64,000 bases of DNA from a virus. The DNA lies in the IMG/VR virus record IMGVR_UViG_3300027822_000297; one strand, 5' to 3'. The notes beneath the pieces are model-generated. The model was not told where the DNA came from and made no database searches. It worked only from the letters and a program-made list of their open reading frames with translations. The position numbers and the translations under genes were made by a program. This document shows, piece after piece, positions 27,150 through 37,073 of this stretch. The first letter of the stretch is position 1, and each line of letters opens with the position of its first letter.

Positions 27150-28948
27150 GATACGCTAAAACGGAAACGACCAATATTTTAGTTAATTATCCAAGTGGTG
27201 GATCAATAACGATTGATGTTTATCGGTTATCTGATAATGTTCAAGTTGTTACCGCAGCAGCGATGTCGAGTATATCAACTACAGGTATATATAAATACAC
27301 ATTAAATCAAACGGTAGCGTCAAAAGAAGAATATTTATGGATTTCTACTGATGGAACATTAACGAGGTCGGGTAAGGTTGTTATATCCGGTTATATGGAT
27401 GATATACAGGCAGATTTAGATAATCCAAGCCAATATCAAACTGATATTACTGGATTAACCGCTAGTCACGTGGCAACTTTAGCGGCGATAGCTGCTTTAA
27501 ATGATTTCGATCCAACTGCTGATCCAGTGGCTAATGTAACTTTGGTTGGCACAACAACGGCCAATACGGATATGCGTGGAACTGATGGCGCTAATACAAC
27601 TGCTCCTGATAATGCAGGAATAGCCGCCATTCCAACGAATCCGTTATTAACAACTGATACGCGATTAAATAATTTAGATGCAGCGATTACATCACGCGGG
27701 GCAACTGGGGAATATGATGTGAGGATGATAGCATTACAAGCTGATTTGGACAATCCTACGCAATATATGGCTGATCTATCTTCGTTAAGCTTAGAGGCAA
27801 CAAGTCAATCGATATTAACAAAGGCAAATACGCTAACAAATTATGATGATACGGCACTTACTGCCTTAATTAATGGAATAAAAACTAAAACGGATCAATT
27901 TACGTTCACCGGTGTAAATGTTAATTCAATTGCACAAGTAGTTTCTGATAAAACAGGTTATGCCTTAACAGCAGCAGAACGTACAGCGATAGCAGTTGCG
28001 GTTGAGCAGGCTATAATAAATGACGCGGATGGGCAGGCTGTCCTTAATGCGATAGTGGGGGCCATAGGTAACCAAAACGTTGATGAAGTTGCACTTGTTG
28101 CCGCGGTTCGTGCGGATTTAGAAAGGGCTGGAGGTAAAATAGACTTGATTCCAACGACAGATAGCGTTGCTGACTTAACAGGTGTTCAAAATTCAATTAA
28201 TAATCTTAATGATTTTGATCCTAGTGCAGATACGGTTGCTCATGTAACCCTTGTTGATACCACGACAACTAATACAGATATGCGGGGGAATGATATAGCG
28301 CCTGATAATGCTGGAATAGCTGCAATACCAATTAATCCAGTATTGACGACGGATGCAAGGCTTAATAATTTAGATGCAACTATATCATCCCGTGCAGTAA
28401 CGGGTGAATATGATGTAAGAATGCTGGCTATGCAGAATGATCTTGATAATCCTAATCAATATAAGGCGGATATAACAGGACTAAATGATATTGGTATTGC
28501 GGATATTCAGACAGCATTAACAAATCAAGGTTATACGGTTGGCCGTGCATCAAATCTTGATAATATGGATGTTGTTGTATCATCGCGAGGTGCAACGGGT
28601 GAGTATGATGCAAGATTTGTAACGGTACAAGCTGATCTGGATGATGTGAGTCAATATAAAGCTGATTTAACGCCGGTATTAACGGCAATAGGTAATTTAA
28701 ATGATCTAGCTATTGCAGAAATACAAACCGCATTAACTAATCAAGGATTAACGGCAGCAAGAGCATTATTATTGGATCATCTTGATAAAGATATTTCAGC
28801 GGTTGAAGGATTGTCAGAGGTTAATTTGCATTTAGCACTAGATAGTTATGTTAACAAGTCAGATTATAAGGATGGTCCAATATCTATAGCAGATAAGGAT
28901 GATATTGCCAGTAAATCTGTTCAAGCGTTAAAAGTAGAGGTTTTCTAA
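27146..28948 (+). CDS. Repetitive fibre-like virion protein
   Basis: Internal repeats (NDFDP.AD.VA.VTLV.TTT.NTDMRG x2; SR..TGEYD.R x3; Q.DLDNP.QY x3 or more). Confidence 0.65.
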   Translation: MRYAKTETTNILVNYPSGGSITIDVYRLSDNVQVVTAAAMSSISTTGIYKYTLNQTVASKEEYLWISTDGTLTRSGKVVISGYMDDIQADLDNPSQYQTDITGLTASHVATLAAIAALNDFDPTADPVANVTLVGTTTANTDMRGTDGANTTAPDNAGIAAIPTNPLLTTDTRLNNLDAAITSRGATGEYDVRMIALQADLDNPTQYMADLSSLSLEATSQSILTKANTLTNYDDTALTALINGIKTKTDQFTFTGVNVNSIAQVVSDKTGYALTAAERTAIAVAVEQAIINDADGQAVLNAIVGAIGNQNVDEVALVAAVRADLERAGGKIDLIPTTDSVADLTGVQNSINNLNDFDPSADTVAHVTLVDTTTTNTDMRGNDIAPDNAGIAAIPINPVLTTDARLNNLDATISSRAVTGEYDVRMLAMQNDLDNPNQYKADITGLNDIGIADIQTALTNQGYTVGRASNLDNMDVVVSSRGATGEYDARFVTVQADLDDVSQYKADLTPVLTAIGNLNDLAIAEIQTALTNQGLTAARALLLDHLDKDISAVEGLSEVNLHLALDSYVNKSDYKDGPISIADKDDIASKSVQALKVEVF

Positions 28949-29130
28949 TGCCAGCATTCCAAAGTTTAATTTTAGAAGCGAGCCAATTACCGACAGGTAA
29001 TACATTCGAGGATCATATCCTTAATTTATGCAATCAAAGGCCAATACAAGTATTTGATAATATGGTTGCAGAATTAGAGGAGGAATTTAATTCTGAGCTT
29101 TGTTGTGATTATACGGGCGGTGTTTGTTAA
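28948..29130 (+). CDS. Hypothetical protein
   Basis: Coupled 60-aa ORF. Confidence 0.55.
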   Translation: MPAFQSLILEASQLPTGNTFEDHILNLCNQRPIQVFDNMVAELEEEFNSELCCDYTGGVC

Positions 29131-29471
29131 TGGCGACTTTAAATAATATTACCCGTAAACGTGGGGATAATAGGCGGCATGTTTGGACAATAAAAGATAA
29201 GCGGGGAATTATTGTTCCTGTTAATGATTGGACAGCATTTAGTTTAACCGTTGATCCTAATGAATTTCCAGTAGACAATACAGCGAATGTTGATGTTATT
29301 TCTGGTGCGTTGGTTAGTGATGGACTTGATGGGAAGATTTATTTTACGCCATCCAAAACAGTACCAGTAGGCGATTATTTTTATGATGCGCAAGCCATTG
29401 ATGGGAATGGCGAAACATTTACATTTTCAGATGGGACTTATACAGTTGTGCAAGATAGGGATAAGACGTAA
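29124..29471 (+). CDS. BppU-like Ig-fold adaptor domain protein
   Basis: ITRKRGD...WTI.D...G.IYF.P....G.Y.YD.Q...G...T..DG...V.QD. Confidence 0.65.
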   Translation: MLMATLNNITRKRGDNRRHVWTIKDKRGIIVPVNDWTAFSLTVDPNEFPVDNTANVDVISGALVSDGLDGKIYFTPSKTVPVGDYFYDAQAIDGNGETFTFSDGTYTVVQDRDKT

Positions 29472-29473
29472 AG

Positions 29474-30739
29474 ATGAATGAGCTGACTATTGAGTATTTG
29501 CCGGTTAATGAGTTAAAGCCTTATGATAATAATAGCCATACGCATACTCAGGAACAAATTGCATTAATAACTAACAGTATGCATAAATTTGGGTTTACAA
29601 ATCCTATTTTAATTGATGAAAAAAAAGAAATAATCTCAGGCCATGCAAGGCTTGAGTCATCACATAAAGTAGGTTTTGATAAGGTTCCAACGATTACACT
29701 GTCAGATTTAACTGAAGATCAAAAAAGAGCTTATGTGATAGCAGATAATCAATTAGCTAAAAACGGTAGTGGCTGGGATTTAGATAAACTTAAATTCGAA
29801 ATTCAATATCTAGATGATGTCGGTTTTGATACTGATTTGCTTGGATTTGATGATGATTTTTTAGGTGATTTAATTTTTGAAGAGGTTGAAGGATTAACGC
29901 CTGAAGATGCTGTTCCTGAAGTTTCTGATGAGACAATTAGTAAGCGGGGTGATCTTTGGTTATTAGATGGGCACCGAGTTTTATGTGGGGATAGTACAAG
30001 TATTGAAGATGTGGAAAAGCTTTTAAATGGCAAAACTATTGATTTGGTATTTACTGACCCGCCTTATGGAGTTAGCTATGCCGATAAGAATAAGTTTTTA
30101 AATGAAATAGATAAAGGCAATAGAAATCAAACACCTATTGAAAACGATCATTTAACAATAGAAGAAACAGGGCAATTATGGGCTGATGTGTTTTCTTTAT
30201 GGTCACCATATATGGCAGATTATTCTAGTTATTATATTGCAAGTCCACAAATGGGTGATTTGTTTTCAATGATGATTTTGATAATGAATGAAAATCGCAT
30301 GCCTTTACGTCATCTGATTGTATGGAATAAAAATAATCACGTCTTAGGGCGTTGTGATTATAATTATAAACATGAACCTATTTTGTATGGGTGGAATAAT
30401 CGGCATAAATTTTATGGGAAAGGTGAGCATAAATTTTCTGTTTGGAATATAGATAAGCCATTAAAGAATGATTTACATCCAACAATGAAGCCGGTTGCAT
30501 TGGTTGAGAATTGTATTAAAAATAGCTCAGAAAATAATCAAATTGTAGCGGATATGTTTTTAGGATCAGGCACATCAGTTATAGCCGCAGAAAAAAACAA
30601 TCGTATTTGTTATGGTATGGAATATTCGTGTGTGTATGTTGATTTAATAGTTAAGCGCTGGCAAGATTACACAGGGAAGCAAGCTATATTAGAATCTACA
30701 GGTGAGACTTACAATAATAATTCTGATAAAAATGCATAA
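29474..30739 (+). CDS. ParB-N fused amino (N6A/N4C) DNA methyltransferase
   Basis: ParB-N; LCGDS, TDPPY, HPTMKP, D.FLGSG motifs. Confidence 0.92.
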   Translation: MNELTIEYLPVNELKPYDNNSHTHTQEQIALITNSMHKFGFTNPILIDEKKEIISGHARLESSHKVGFDKVPTITLSDLTEDQKRAYVIADNQLAKNGSGWDLDKLKFEIQYLDDVGFDTDLLGFDDDFLGDLIFEEVEGLTPEDAVPEVSDETISKRGDLWLLDGHRVLCGDSTSIEDVEKLLNGKTIDLVFTDPPYGVSYADKNKFLNEIDKGNRNQTPIENDHLTIEETGQLWADVFSLWSPYMADYSSYYIASPQMGDLFSMMILIMNENRMPLRHLIVWNKNNHVLGRCDYNYKHEPILYGWNNRHKFYGKGEHKFSVWNIDKPLKNDLHPTMKPVALVENCIKNSSENNQIVADMFLGSGTSVIAAEKNNRICYGMEYSCVYVDLIVKRWQDYTGKQAILESTGETYNNNSDKNA

Positions 30740-30756
30740 TAGACAATTACACAGAT

Positions 30757-31122
30757 ATGGCTAAAAGAGGGCGGCCAAAAATTGGAATTGACTGGGATAA
30801 GGTTGATGCAATGTGTAAAATACAATGTACTGGCGAGGAGGTAGCCTCAGTTCTTAATATAGATTATGATACATTGCAATCCGCATGTAAGCGAGAAAAA
30901 AAAGTAAAATTTTCGGAGTATTCAGTTATAAAAAAAGCTGGCGGTCGTGCCAGTTTAAAGAGGAGGCAATGGCTAACCTCAGAAAATGGCAATGTTACTA
31001 TGCAAATATGGCTTGGTAAACAATGGCTTGGACAAACAGATAAAGTAGAAAGTAATAACATGGATGAGTTAAAAGGAACAATTAATATTAACCGCCCGCC
31101 AAAACCAGATATCATTAAGTAG
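30757..31122 (+). CDS. terS: Terminase small subunit
   Basis: GRPK N-terminus, HTH, GNVTMQIWLGKQWLGQTDK. Confidence 0.85.
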   Translation: MAKRGRPKIGIDWDKVDAMCKIQCTGEEVASVLNIDYDTLQSACKREKKVKFSEYSVIKKAGGRASLKRRQWLTSENGNVTMQIWLGKQWLGQTDKVESNNMDELKGTININRPPKPDIIK

Positions 31123-32381
31123 ATAATCTTATCGACATAGATTTAACAATTCCACAAGACGATTTCTTTTTTAGTGAAAAAGAGCATACCGCTGCATGTG
31201 CCGGTATGGGAAGTGGCAAGAGTCAGGCGTGTTTGTTATTATGCGCTGAGAGAATGACTAAATATCCTGGTATTAATTTTGGTTATTTTGCACCTACCTA
31301 CGCTGATATAAGAGATATATTTTATCCGAGGATAATAGAATTATTTGATGAACTTAATGTAGATGTAAGTATTAATAGAACAGAGCATATTGTTAAAGTA
31401 AAAGGTTATGGTCAAATTATATGTAAATCTCTTAATGATCCTCATTCAATAAAAGGTTTTGAAATAGGTGACGCATTTATTGATGAATTTGATTTGTTAC
31501 CTATCGATAAAGCACATCTTGCGTATGATAAAGTTTCAGCTCGTTGTCGGATGGTGTTTCCTGACGGCAAGATAAATCAGAAATATATAACAACTACGCC
31601 TGAAGGATTTAGAGCAACTTACGATCTTTTTAAAAATGAGGCATCAGAGCGTTATTTACAAGAATCAAATCTTGTAATGATGTCCACATACAGTAATGAA
31701 AAAAATTTACCTCCAGGATTTATTCAGCGATTAGAAGCTCAGTTCCCTGGCCCACTTATAAAAGCCTATATTGAAGGCGAGTTTGTTAATTTAACGAGCG
31801 GTACTGTTTATCACAGCTATAATGATACATGTAATACAGATGTCGTTTATCAACCAAATGAACCAATTCATATTGGAATGGACTTTAATGTTAGAAATAT
31901 GTCGGCGATAATTAACGTGGTTAGAAATGACGCTTGTTATGCTGTTGATGAGTTATTAGGTGTTTTAGATACACCAACTATGATTGAATATATAAAAGAC
32001 CGATATTATGGTTGCTCAATTATTGTACGTCCTGATGCATCTGGCAAAGGTACGTCGAGTAAAAGTGCGTCATTAAGTGATATTAGTTTGCTGAAGGATG
32101 CTGGGTTTTGGGTTGATGCACCTAATAAAAATCCTTTTATAAAAGATCGTGTTAATTCAGTAAATGCAGCATTTGAATCAGGGAAAGTAAAAATTAATAA
32201 ACAAAAATGTCCAACTTTAGATTTATCTTTACAACAGCAGATTTATGATAGAAATGGTATGCCTGAAAAAAGAATCGATTCTAATATCGATGATGTTGTG
32301 GATTCTCTAGGCTATAATGTATGGGGCCTATATCCATTAGAACGCTTTAAGTTAACAAAAAGCACTAAAAATTGGAAATAA
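31119..32381 (+). CDS. terL: Terminase large subunit; true start upstream of the listed ATG
   Basis: LTIPQ..F, Walker A AGMGSGKS, Walker B FIDE, TTTPEG, nuclease GMDFN and DDVVD. Confidence 0.92.
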   Translation, partial: VDNLIDIDLTIPQDDFFFSEKEHTAACAGMGSGKSQACLLLCAERMTKYPGINFGYFAPTYADIRDIFYPRIIELFDELNVDVSINRTEHIVKVKGYGQIICKSLNDPHSIKGFEIGDAFIDEFDLLPIDKAHLAYDKVSARCRMVFPDGKINQKYITTTPEGFRATYDLFKNEASERYLQESNLVMMSTYSNEKNLPPGFIQRLEAQFPGPLIKAYIEGEFVNLTSGTVYHSYNDTCNTDVVYQPNEPIHIGMDFNVRNMSAIINVVRNDACYAVDELLGVLDTPTMIEYIKDRYYGCSIIVRPDASGKGTSSKSASLSDISLLKDAGFWVDAPNKNPFIKDRVNSVNAAFESGKVKINKQKCPTLDLSLQQQIYDRNGMPEKRIDSNIDDVVDSLGYNVWGLYPLERFKLTKSTKNWK

Positions 32382-32382
32382 T

Positions 32383-33792
32383 ATGGATTTAGACGAGCTT
32401 AAAAAAACACATAAAGATTATGCTAAACGTGTTGCTGAATGGAAGCTTTATCGTGCGGCTTTTGGGGGTACTAAAACATTAATAGATTGGGGGGCGCTTA
32501 AGCAGCATGAACGGGAATCAGAGCTAAATTATACACGCAGGAAAGAAAGTGCTTATGGTTATAATTTTACACGCCGGTTATTAACGATAATAAATACGTT
32601 ACTTTCCCAAAAAAAACCGATTAATGATTATGGTAAATTGGAAGATGATGATTTATACGAATTATTTTTAGATGATTGCGATTTTGAGGGGACTGATTTT
32701 GAAACTTGGTTATTGGATCAACAGCTTTTATCATTGCTTTATGGACATACTGGGGTATTAATTGATAAGGCTGTTATTAAAGGCGATAATGAAAGAACTA
32801 TACTCCAAGATATTGAGGAAAAAAATTATCCTTATTTAAGCATATTCTCTGCACTTAATATTTTAGATTGGGAGCATGAACGTGTTAATGGGAAGCCTAT
32901 TGTTACTTATTTAAAATTAATTGATGATTGTTGTCAGTATCGTCTCTGGTGGCGTGATCGATGGGAAACTTATGAAATCGATGAGCATAATGGTCAGCCA
33001 AAGTTGGTCGATAGTGGTATTAATCCACTTGGAATTATTCCTTTTGTTTGGCTGGTACGTGGTGAGAATAATAACCGTTTTGTTGGTGTGAGTGCAGCAG
33101 AGGAGGTTAGCCGCATTGATATATCAATTATACGTAATATGAGTCAAGGTGAAGAGGTTGTTGATTATTCAGCATTTCAAATATTACTAAAACCGTTGTT
33201 AAGACATGGTGATCAGGATGATGATGATGCTGGCCCTCGTGGTATTATGGAGTTTGATCCTCAAAACCCACAGAGTAAACCAGAATGGTTAAAATCTGAT
33301 TCAGGACAACCAATTGGTGCTATATTATCTTGGATTGATGCAAAAGTAATAGAAATGGCTAGAATGTTTAATGCCAGTGCATTTTTTAGTCAATCAAAAG
33401 CTGCTGTATCTGGTGATTCAAGGAAGAGGGAATTTCAATTGATGGATTCTAATTTATCAAATGAATCTAAGTTGTTAGAAGGATTTCAGAAAAGGATTAT
33501 TTATTTTTGGTTATTATGGATTGGACGGCCTGAATTAATCGATGAAGTAGTTATTTCGCGGCCTAGAAGTTTTGATATATCGGATAAAGCTGAAGATGTT
33601 GATTTATTGACTATTGCAAAAAGCATGGTTGAATCAACAACATTTAGGCAGGAAGTTGATAAGAAAGTATCTCGCACTGTGTTGCCTGATGTAACTTTAA
33701 CTATTTCTAATAAAATTAATGAGGAAATAGAATCGTTAAAAGAATTGCCCGAAGTGTTAGATGATAATGAAGAAGAAACTGAAGAACAATGA
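32383..33792 (+). CDS. Portal protein
   Basis: 469 aa after terL; W..Y..A..G, NFT, GIIPFV motifs; acidic tail. Confidence 0.88.
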   Translation: MDLDELKKTHKDYAKRVAEWKLYRAAFGGTKTLIDWGALKQHERESELNYTRRKESAYGYNFTRRLLTIINTLLSQKKPINDYGKLEDDDLYELFLDDCDFEGTDFETWLLDQQLLSLLYGHTGVLIDKAVIKGDNERTILQDIEEKNYPYLSIFSALNILDWEHERVNGKPIVTYLKLIDDCCQYRLWWRDRWETYEIDEHNGQPKLVDSGINPLGIIPFVWLVRGENNNRFVGVSAAEEVSRIDISIIRNMSQGEEVVDYSAFQILLKPLLRHGDQDDDDAGPRGIMEFDPQNPQSKPEWLKSDSGQPIGAILSWIDAKVIEMARMFNASAFFSQSKAAVSGDSRKREFQLMDSNLSNESKLLEGFQKRIIYFWLLWIGRPELIDEVVISRPRSFDISDKAEDVDLLTIAKSMVESTTFRQEVDKKVSRTVLPDVTLTISNKINEEIESLKELPEVLDDNEEETEEQ

Positions 33793-34562
33793 CGTTAGAT
33801 GATACAGAGGTTTTTATAAATGCACTTATTGATACACATACGGGCGAAATATTAGGCGTATTAGAATCAGTAGAAAAAAAAGCATTCACAGAGATTGATC
33901 GAATTGATATTAAACAAGACGGTAATATCGTTGCGCCAAGTACGTCTTTACCACAAGCCAGAGCGGCAAGTTTAGCCGTTCAAGTCGCATTAAGCCGTCG
34001 TATTTTACAAAAGACCAATAAAGTTATAAAAGATTTTAAAAAAATTGATCGTGTTATTAAGGAAACTTATTCTGAAAAATTTAATAAGTCTAATAAAAGA
34101 GCTTTAATTGCAGCAGCAAAAGTAACTTTTGAGGATTATAATAGCATTACAGTTGATACTAATCGCCGGTTAAATAAATCGATTATTGATTATTCAGTAA
34201 CTGGGCTATCAAGGGATCAATTAAAAACAGAAGTGCAAGGCATCCTAACAGGCCACAAAGATGTGCGTGGTGTATCTATGGCGGTCAGGTCTGAACAATT
34301 TACGCAAGATGCTATAATGAATTATCATCGTACAGCCAATTATAGAATAGCTAAACAAATTGGTATTAAGCGATTTAAATACTTTGGTAATTTAATAAAT
34401 GATTCAAGGCCTTTTTGTCTTGCACATTCAGGTCAAATTAAAACTGCAAAGGAATGGGAGGCAATAGGTAATAATCAAAGTTGGAAGGGCAAATCTGGAT
34501 CAAATATATTCGTTTATGCTGGAGGATATAATTGCCGTCATGTATTATCTGCTGTATTTTAA
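33789..34562 (+). CDS. Minor head protein (SPP1 gp7/Mu F-like)
   Basis: FKYFG...DSRPFC...G...GGYNCRH. Confidence 0.8.
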   Translation: MTLDDTEVFINALIDTHTGEILGVLESVEKKAFTEIDRIDIKQDGNIVAPSTSLPQARAASLAVQVALSRRILQKTNKVIKDFKKIDRVIKETYSEKFNKSNKRALIAAAKVTFEDYNSITVDTNRRLNKSIIDYSVTGLSRDQLKTEVQGILTGHKDVRGVSMAVRSEQFTQDAIMNYHRTANYRIAKQIGIKRFKYFGNLINDSRPFCLAHSGQIKTAKEWEAIGNNQSWKGKSGSNIFVYAGGYNCRHVLSAVF

Positions 34563-34639
34563 GTAAAAATTGCACCCTTTTGTTTTATATGGTATATAAT
34601 TGTTTTTATACATCGATACATTTAATAGGTAATTGAAAT

Positions 34640-35392
34640 ATGAGTGAGTTTGATGCATTATTTGAATTAGGAAATGAAGATAGTGAAAAAGAAGGGGATG
34701 AAAATATATTTAAGGATTTATCAGAAGAGCAACGAAAAGTATTAATTGATAAGGCTGAAACAATAACGCAGGGACTGAAAAAAAATAGGGATGAAATATT
34801 ACAAGAAAAGGAGTCAGAGGAATTAAAACGTAAGGAAGCGCAAGAGGAATTAGACCGGATTAATAAGGAGGTTGAGGATGCAAAGCAGAAGTTAGATGAA
34901 AGTGAGCGTTTAAAGCAGATAGAAAATGCACAAAAAGGCAAGGATTTTGAGTCATGGAAAAAGTTATCACAAGAAAGCTTTGAAAGAGAAAAGGACGAGC
35001 TAGAAAAGAAATCACAGGAAAACTTTAATCGAGCTGAAAAATTATTGCAGGAAAAGGTTGATTTAACTTTATCAACAGCGATTAGTAAGATGAATGTCAG
35101 TACGGAGGGGTTCCCAGGAGTTCAATCATTACTCCGTAACCGCATGACATTAAGTGATAAAGGTGCGGTATTATTGGAAGGTGCTCCACTTGAAGAGTAT
35201 CTAAAAACATGGGCGGATAGTGATGAAGGTAAGTTTTATATAAAAGCCCCATTAAATGGCGGTAGTGGCTCAACCTCTGGAAGTAATACTGAAGTGCAAG
35301 GTAAAACATGGAAAGAGATGTCGTTGGATGAAAAAGCATCATTAAGACGAAGTAACCCAGAAAAAGCGTTAGAATTACAAGGGCAAGCGTAA
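34640..35392 (+). CDS. Capsid scaffolding protein
   Basis: Charged coiled coil; GGSG...WKEMSL.EK..L C-terminus; directly before MCP. Confidence 0.8.
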   Translation: MSEFDALFELGNEDSEKEGDENIFKDLSEEQRKVLIDKAETITQGLKKNRDEILQEKESEELKRKEAQEELDRINKEVEDAKQKLDESERLKQIENAQKGKDFESWKKLSQESFEREKDELEKKSQENFNRAEKLLQEKVDLTLSTAISKMNVSTEGFPGVQSLLRNRMTLSDKGAVLLEGAPLEEYLKTWADSDEGKFYIKAPLNGGSGSTSGSNTEVQGKTWKEMSLDEKASLRRSNPEKALELQGQA

Positions 35393-35402
35393 CAAATAGC
35401 AA

Positions 35403-35445
35403 AAGCGCCAGGAGGCGTTTAATTAAGCAGGCAGGAGTCTCTTAA
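35403..35445 (+). promoter_or_regulatory. Two tandem AGGA-loop hairpins in the capsid leader
   Basis: AAGCGCC-AGGA-GGCGTTT and TTAAG(C)AGGC-AGGA-GTCTCTTAA. Confidence 0.6.
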
Positions 35446-35478
35446 TAAATTAGTAATTTTTAATTTATAGGAGGCTTT

Positions 35479-36489
35479 ATGGCCAGTACAAGATTAGCAG
35501 ATATTTATGAACCACTAACTTTTGCAGAAGCAATCGATGAAAAGTCAGTAGAGTTAAACGCATTTATAGCATCGGGGGTTGTAACAACTGACCCGATGAT
35601 CAATGATCAGGCAGCAGTAGGAGGTCGTGTAGGCGATGTTATTGCAAATGCACCTTTGGCTACTGATGATCCAAATATTAGTTCAGATGATCCAACCGTT
35701 ACCAGTACACCTAAAAAATTAGGTGCGCATGTTCAGAAATGGCGACTAAGTGCATTAAATCAAAGTTGGTCATCAATGGATTTAGCTCGTGAGTTAGGTA
35801 TTCCCAATCCAGTTCAAAATATTACCACTAAAATAGGTAAGTATTGGGCGACAATTTGGGAAAAAAGAGTTATAGCAAAAACAGAAGGTCTTATTGCAGA
35901 TAATGTTGCCAATGACTCATCTGATATGATTGTTGATGTTTCAATAGAGGATGGTAATGCGGCTGTAGCTGCAAACTTAATTAGCGCGAATGCTGTACTT
36001 GATGCAAAACAAACGCTTGGTGATAGGGCTGATGATTTGTCAATTATTGCGATGCATTCTGTTGTTCATACTGCACTACAAAAGCAAAACTTGATTCAAA
36101 CAGAACGTAACGCAGATGGAGTTATTTTGTTTCAAACTTATTTAAATTATCGTATTGTTATTGATGATTTAATGACTGTTGTTGCGGGTGGAACGTCTGG
36201 ATTTAAATATACAACTATATTGTTTACTTCAGGTGCGATTGGCACAGGTAATGGTAAAGTCGATATGCCAACGGAACTTGAAAGAAAACCAGATACAGGT
36301 AACGGTGGAGGCCAAGAGATTATTTATTCTCGTGAATCAAAGGTTTTTCATCCTTATGGTTTTAGTTTTACCAGCGCATCTGTAGCAGCTGAATCTCCAA
36401 CAGCGGCTGAGCTAAAAACAGCGGGAAACTGGGATCGTATCTGGCAGCGTAAAAATGTTGGAATAGCCGCGGTGATTACAAATGGCTGA
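35479..36489 (+). CDS. Major capsid protein
   Basis: 336 aa with strong RBS (AGGAGG) after the scaffold; typical coat-protein features. Confidence 0.88.
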   Translation: MASTRLADIYEPLTFAEAIDEKSVELNAFIASGVVTTDPMINDQAAVGGRVGDVIANAPLATDDPNISSDDPTVTSTPKKLGAHVQKWRLSALNQSWSSMDLARELGIPNPVQNITTKIGKYWATIWEKRVIAKTEGLIADNVANDSSDMIVDVSIEDGNAAVAANLISANAVLDAKQTLGDRADDLSIIAMHSVVHTALQKQNLIQTERNADGVILFQTYLNYRIVIDDLMTVVAGGTSGFKYTTILFTSGAIGTGNGKVDMPTELERKPDTGNGGGQEIIYSRESKVFHPYGFSFTSASVAAESPTAAELKTAGNWDRIWQRKNVGIAAVITNG

Positions 36490-36631
36490 TGAACCTATTG
36501 TAAAGAAAAAGCCAGGGCCTAAGCCTAAAGATGAGCCAGTTGAAAAAAAGGAAGAGCCAGCAAAGGAAATTTCTCTCAATGATTTAAATAAGAGCGCAAG
36601 AGAGCAGGCAAAACGAAGTTCGTCTGAGTAA
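36482..36631 (+). CDS. 49-aa Lys/Pro/Glu-rich post-capsid protein
   Basis: Own translation MADEPIVKKKPGPKPKDEP... Confidence 0.6.
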   Translation: MADEPIVKKKPGPKPKDEPVEKKEEPAKEISLNDLNKSAREQAKRSSSE

Positions 36632-36635
36632 TATT

Positions 36636-37073
36636 GTGGCATATTCAAGTGATGTTGATTTAATTAATGTAAAAAGAGATATTCTTTCTTTAGGTGTAGG
36701 TAGTTGGCTAGAGCAGCATGATGAAGCTCAATTGCTTATCGATAGGGATTTAGAGGTCTCTTGGTTTCTCGGTGCGGCAAAAGAACGCCAAACATCAGAT
36801 ACTATTACATATCAATTTAATTCAGCATTACTTGAACCAACGCAATTAAAACGACTATCTATTTATAAAACACTGGAATTAGCTTATTTGTTTTTGGCTC
36901 ATGAGTATGAAAGTGATCCATTTAGAATCGAAGTAGATACTTTTAAGCAACGCTACAATGATGAATTGTTAAGTTTATTAGCTGTTGGTGTTAAATATGA
37001 TTGGAATGAGGATGCTACTTATTCTGTATCAGAAACACAACGGCGTTCGCCTAGATTATTGAGGCGAATATGA
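36636..37073 (+). CDS. Head-tail adaptor
   Basis: Position and size. Confidence 0.65.
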   Translation: MAYSSDVDLINVKRDILSLGVGSWLEQHDEAQLLIDRDLEVSWFLGAAKERQTSDTITYQFNSALLEPTQLKRLSIYKTLELAYLFLAHEYESDPFRIEVDTFKQRYNDELLSLLAVGVKYDWNEDATYSVSETQRRSPRLLRRI

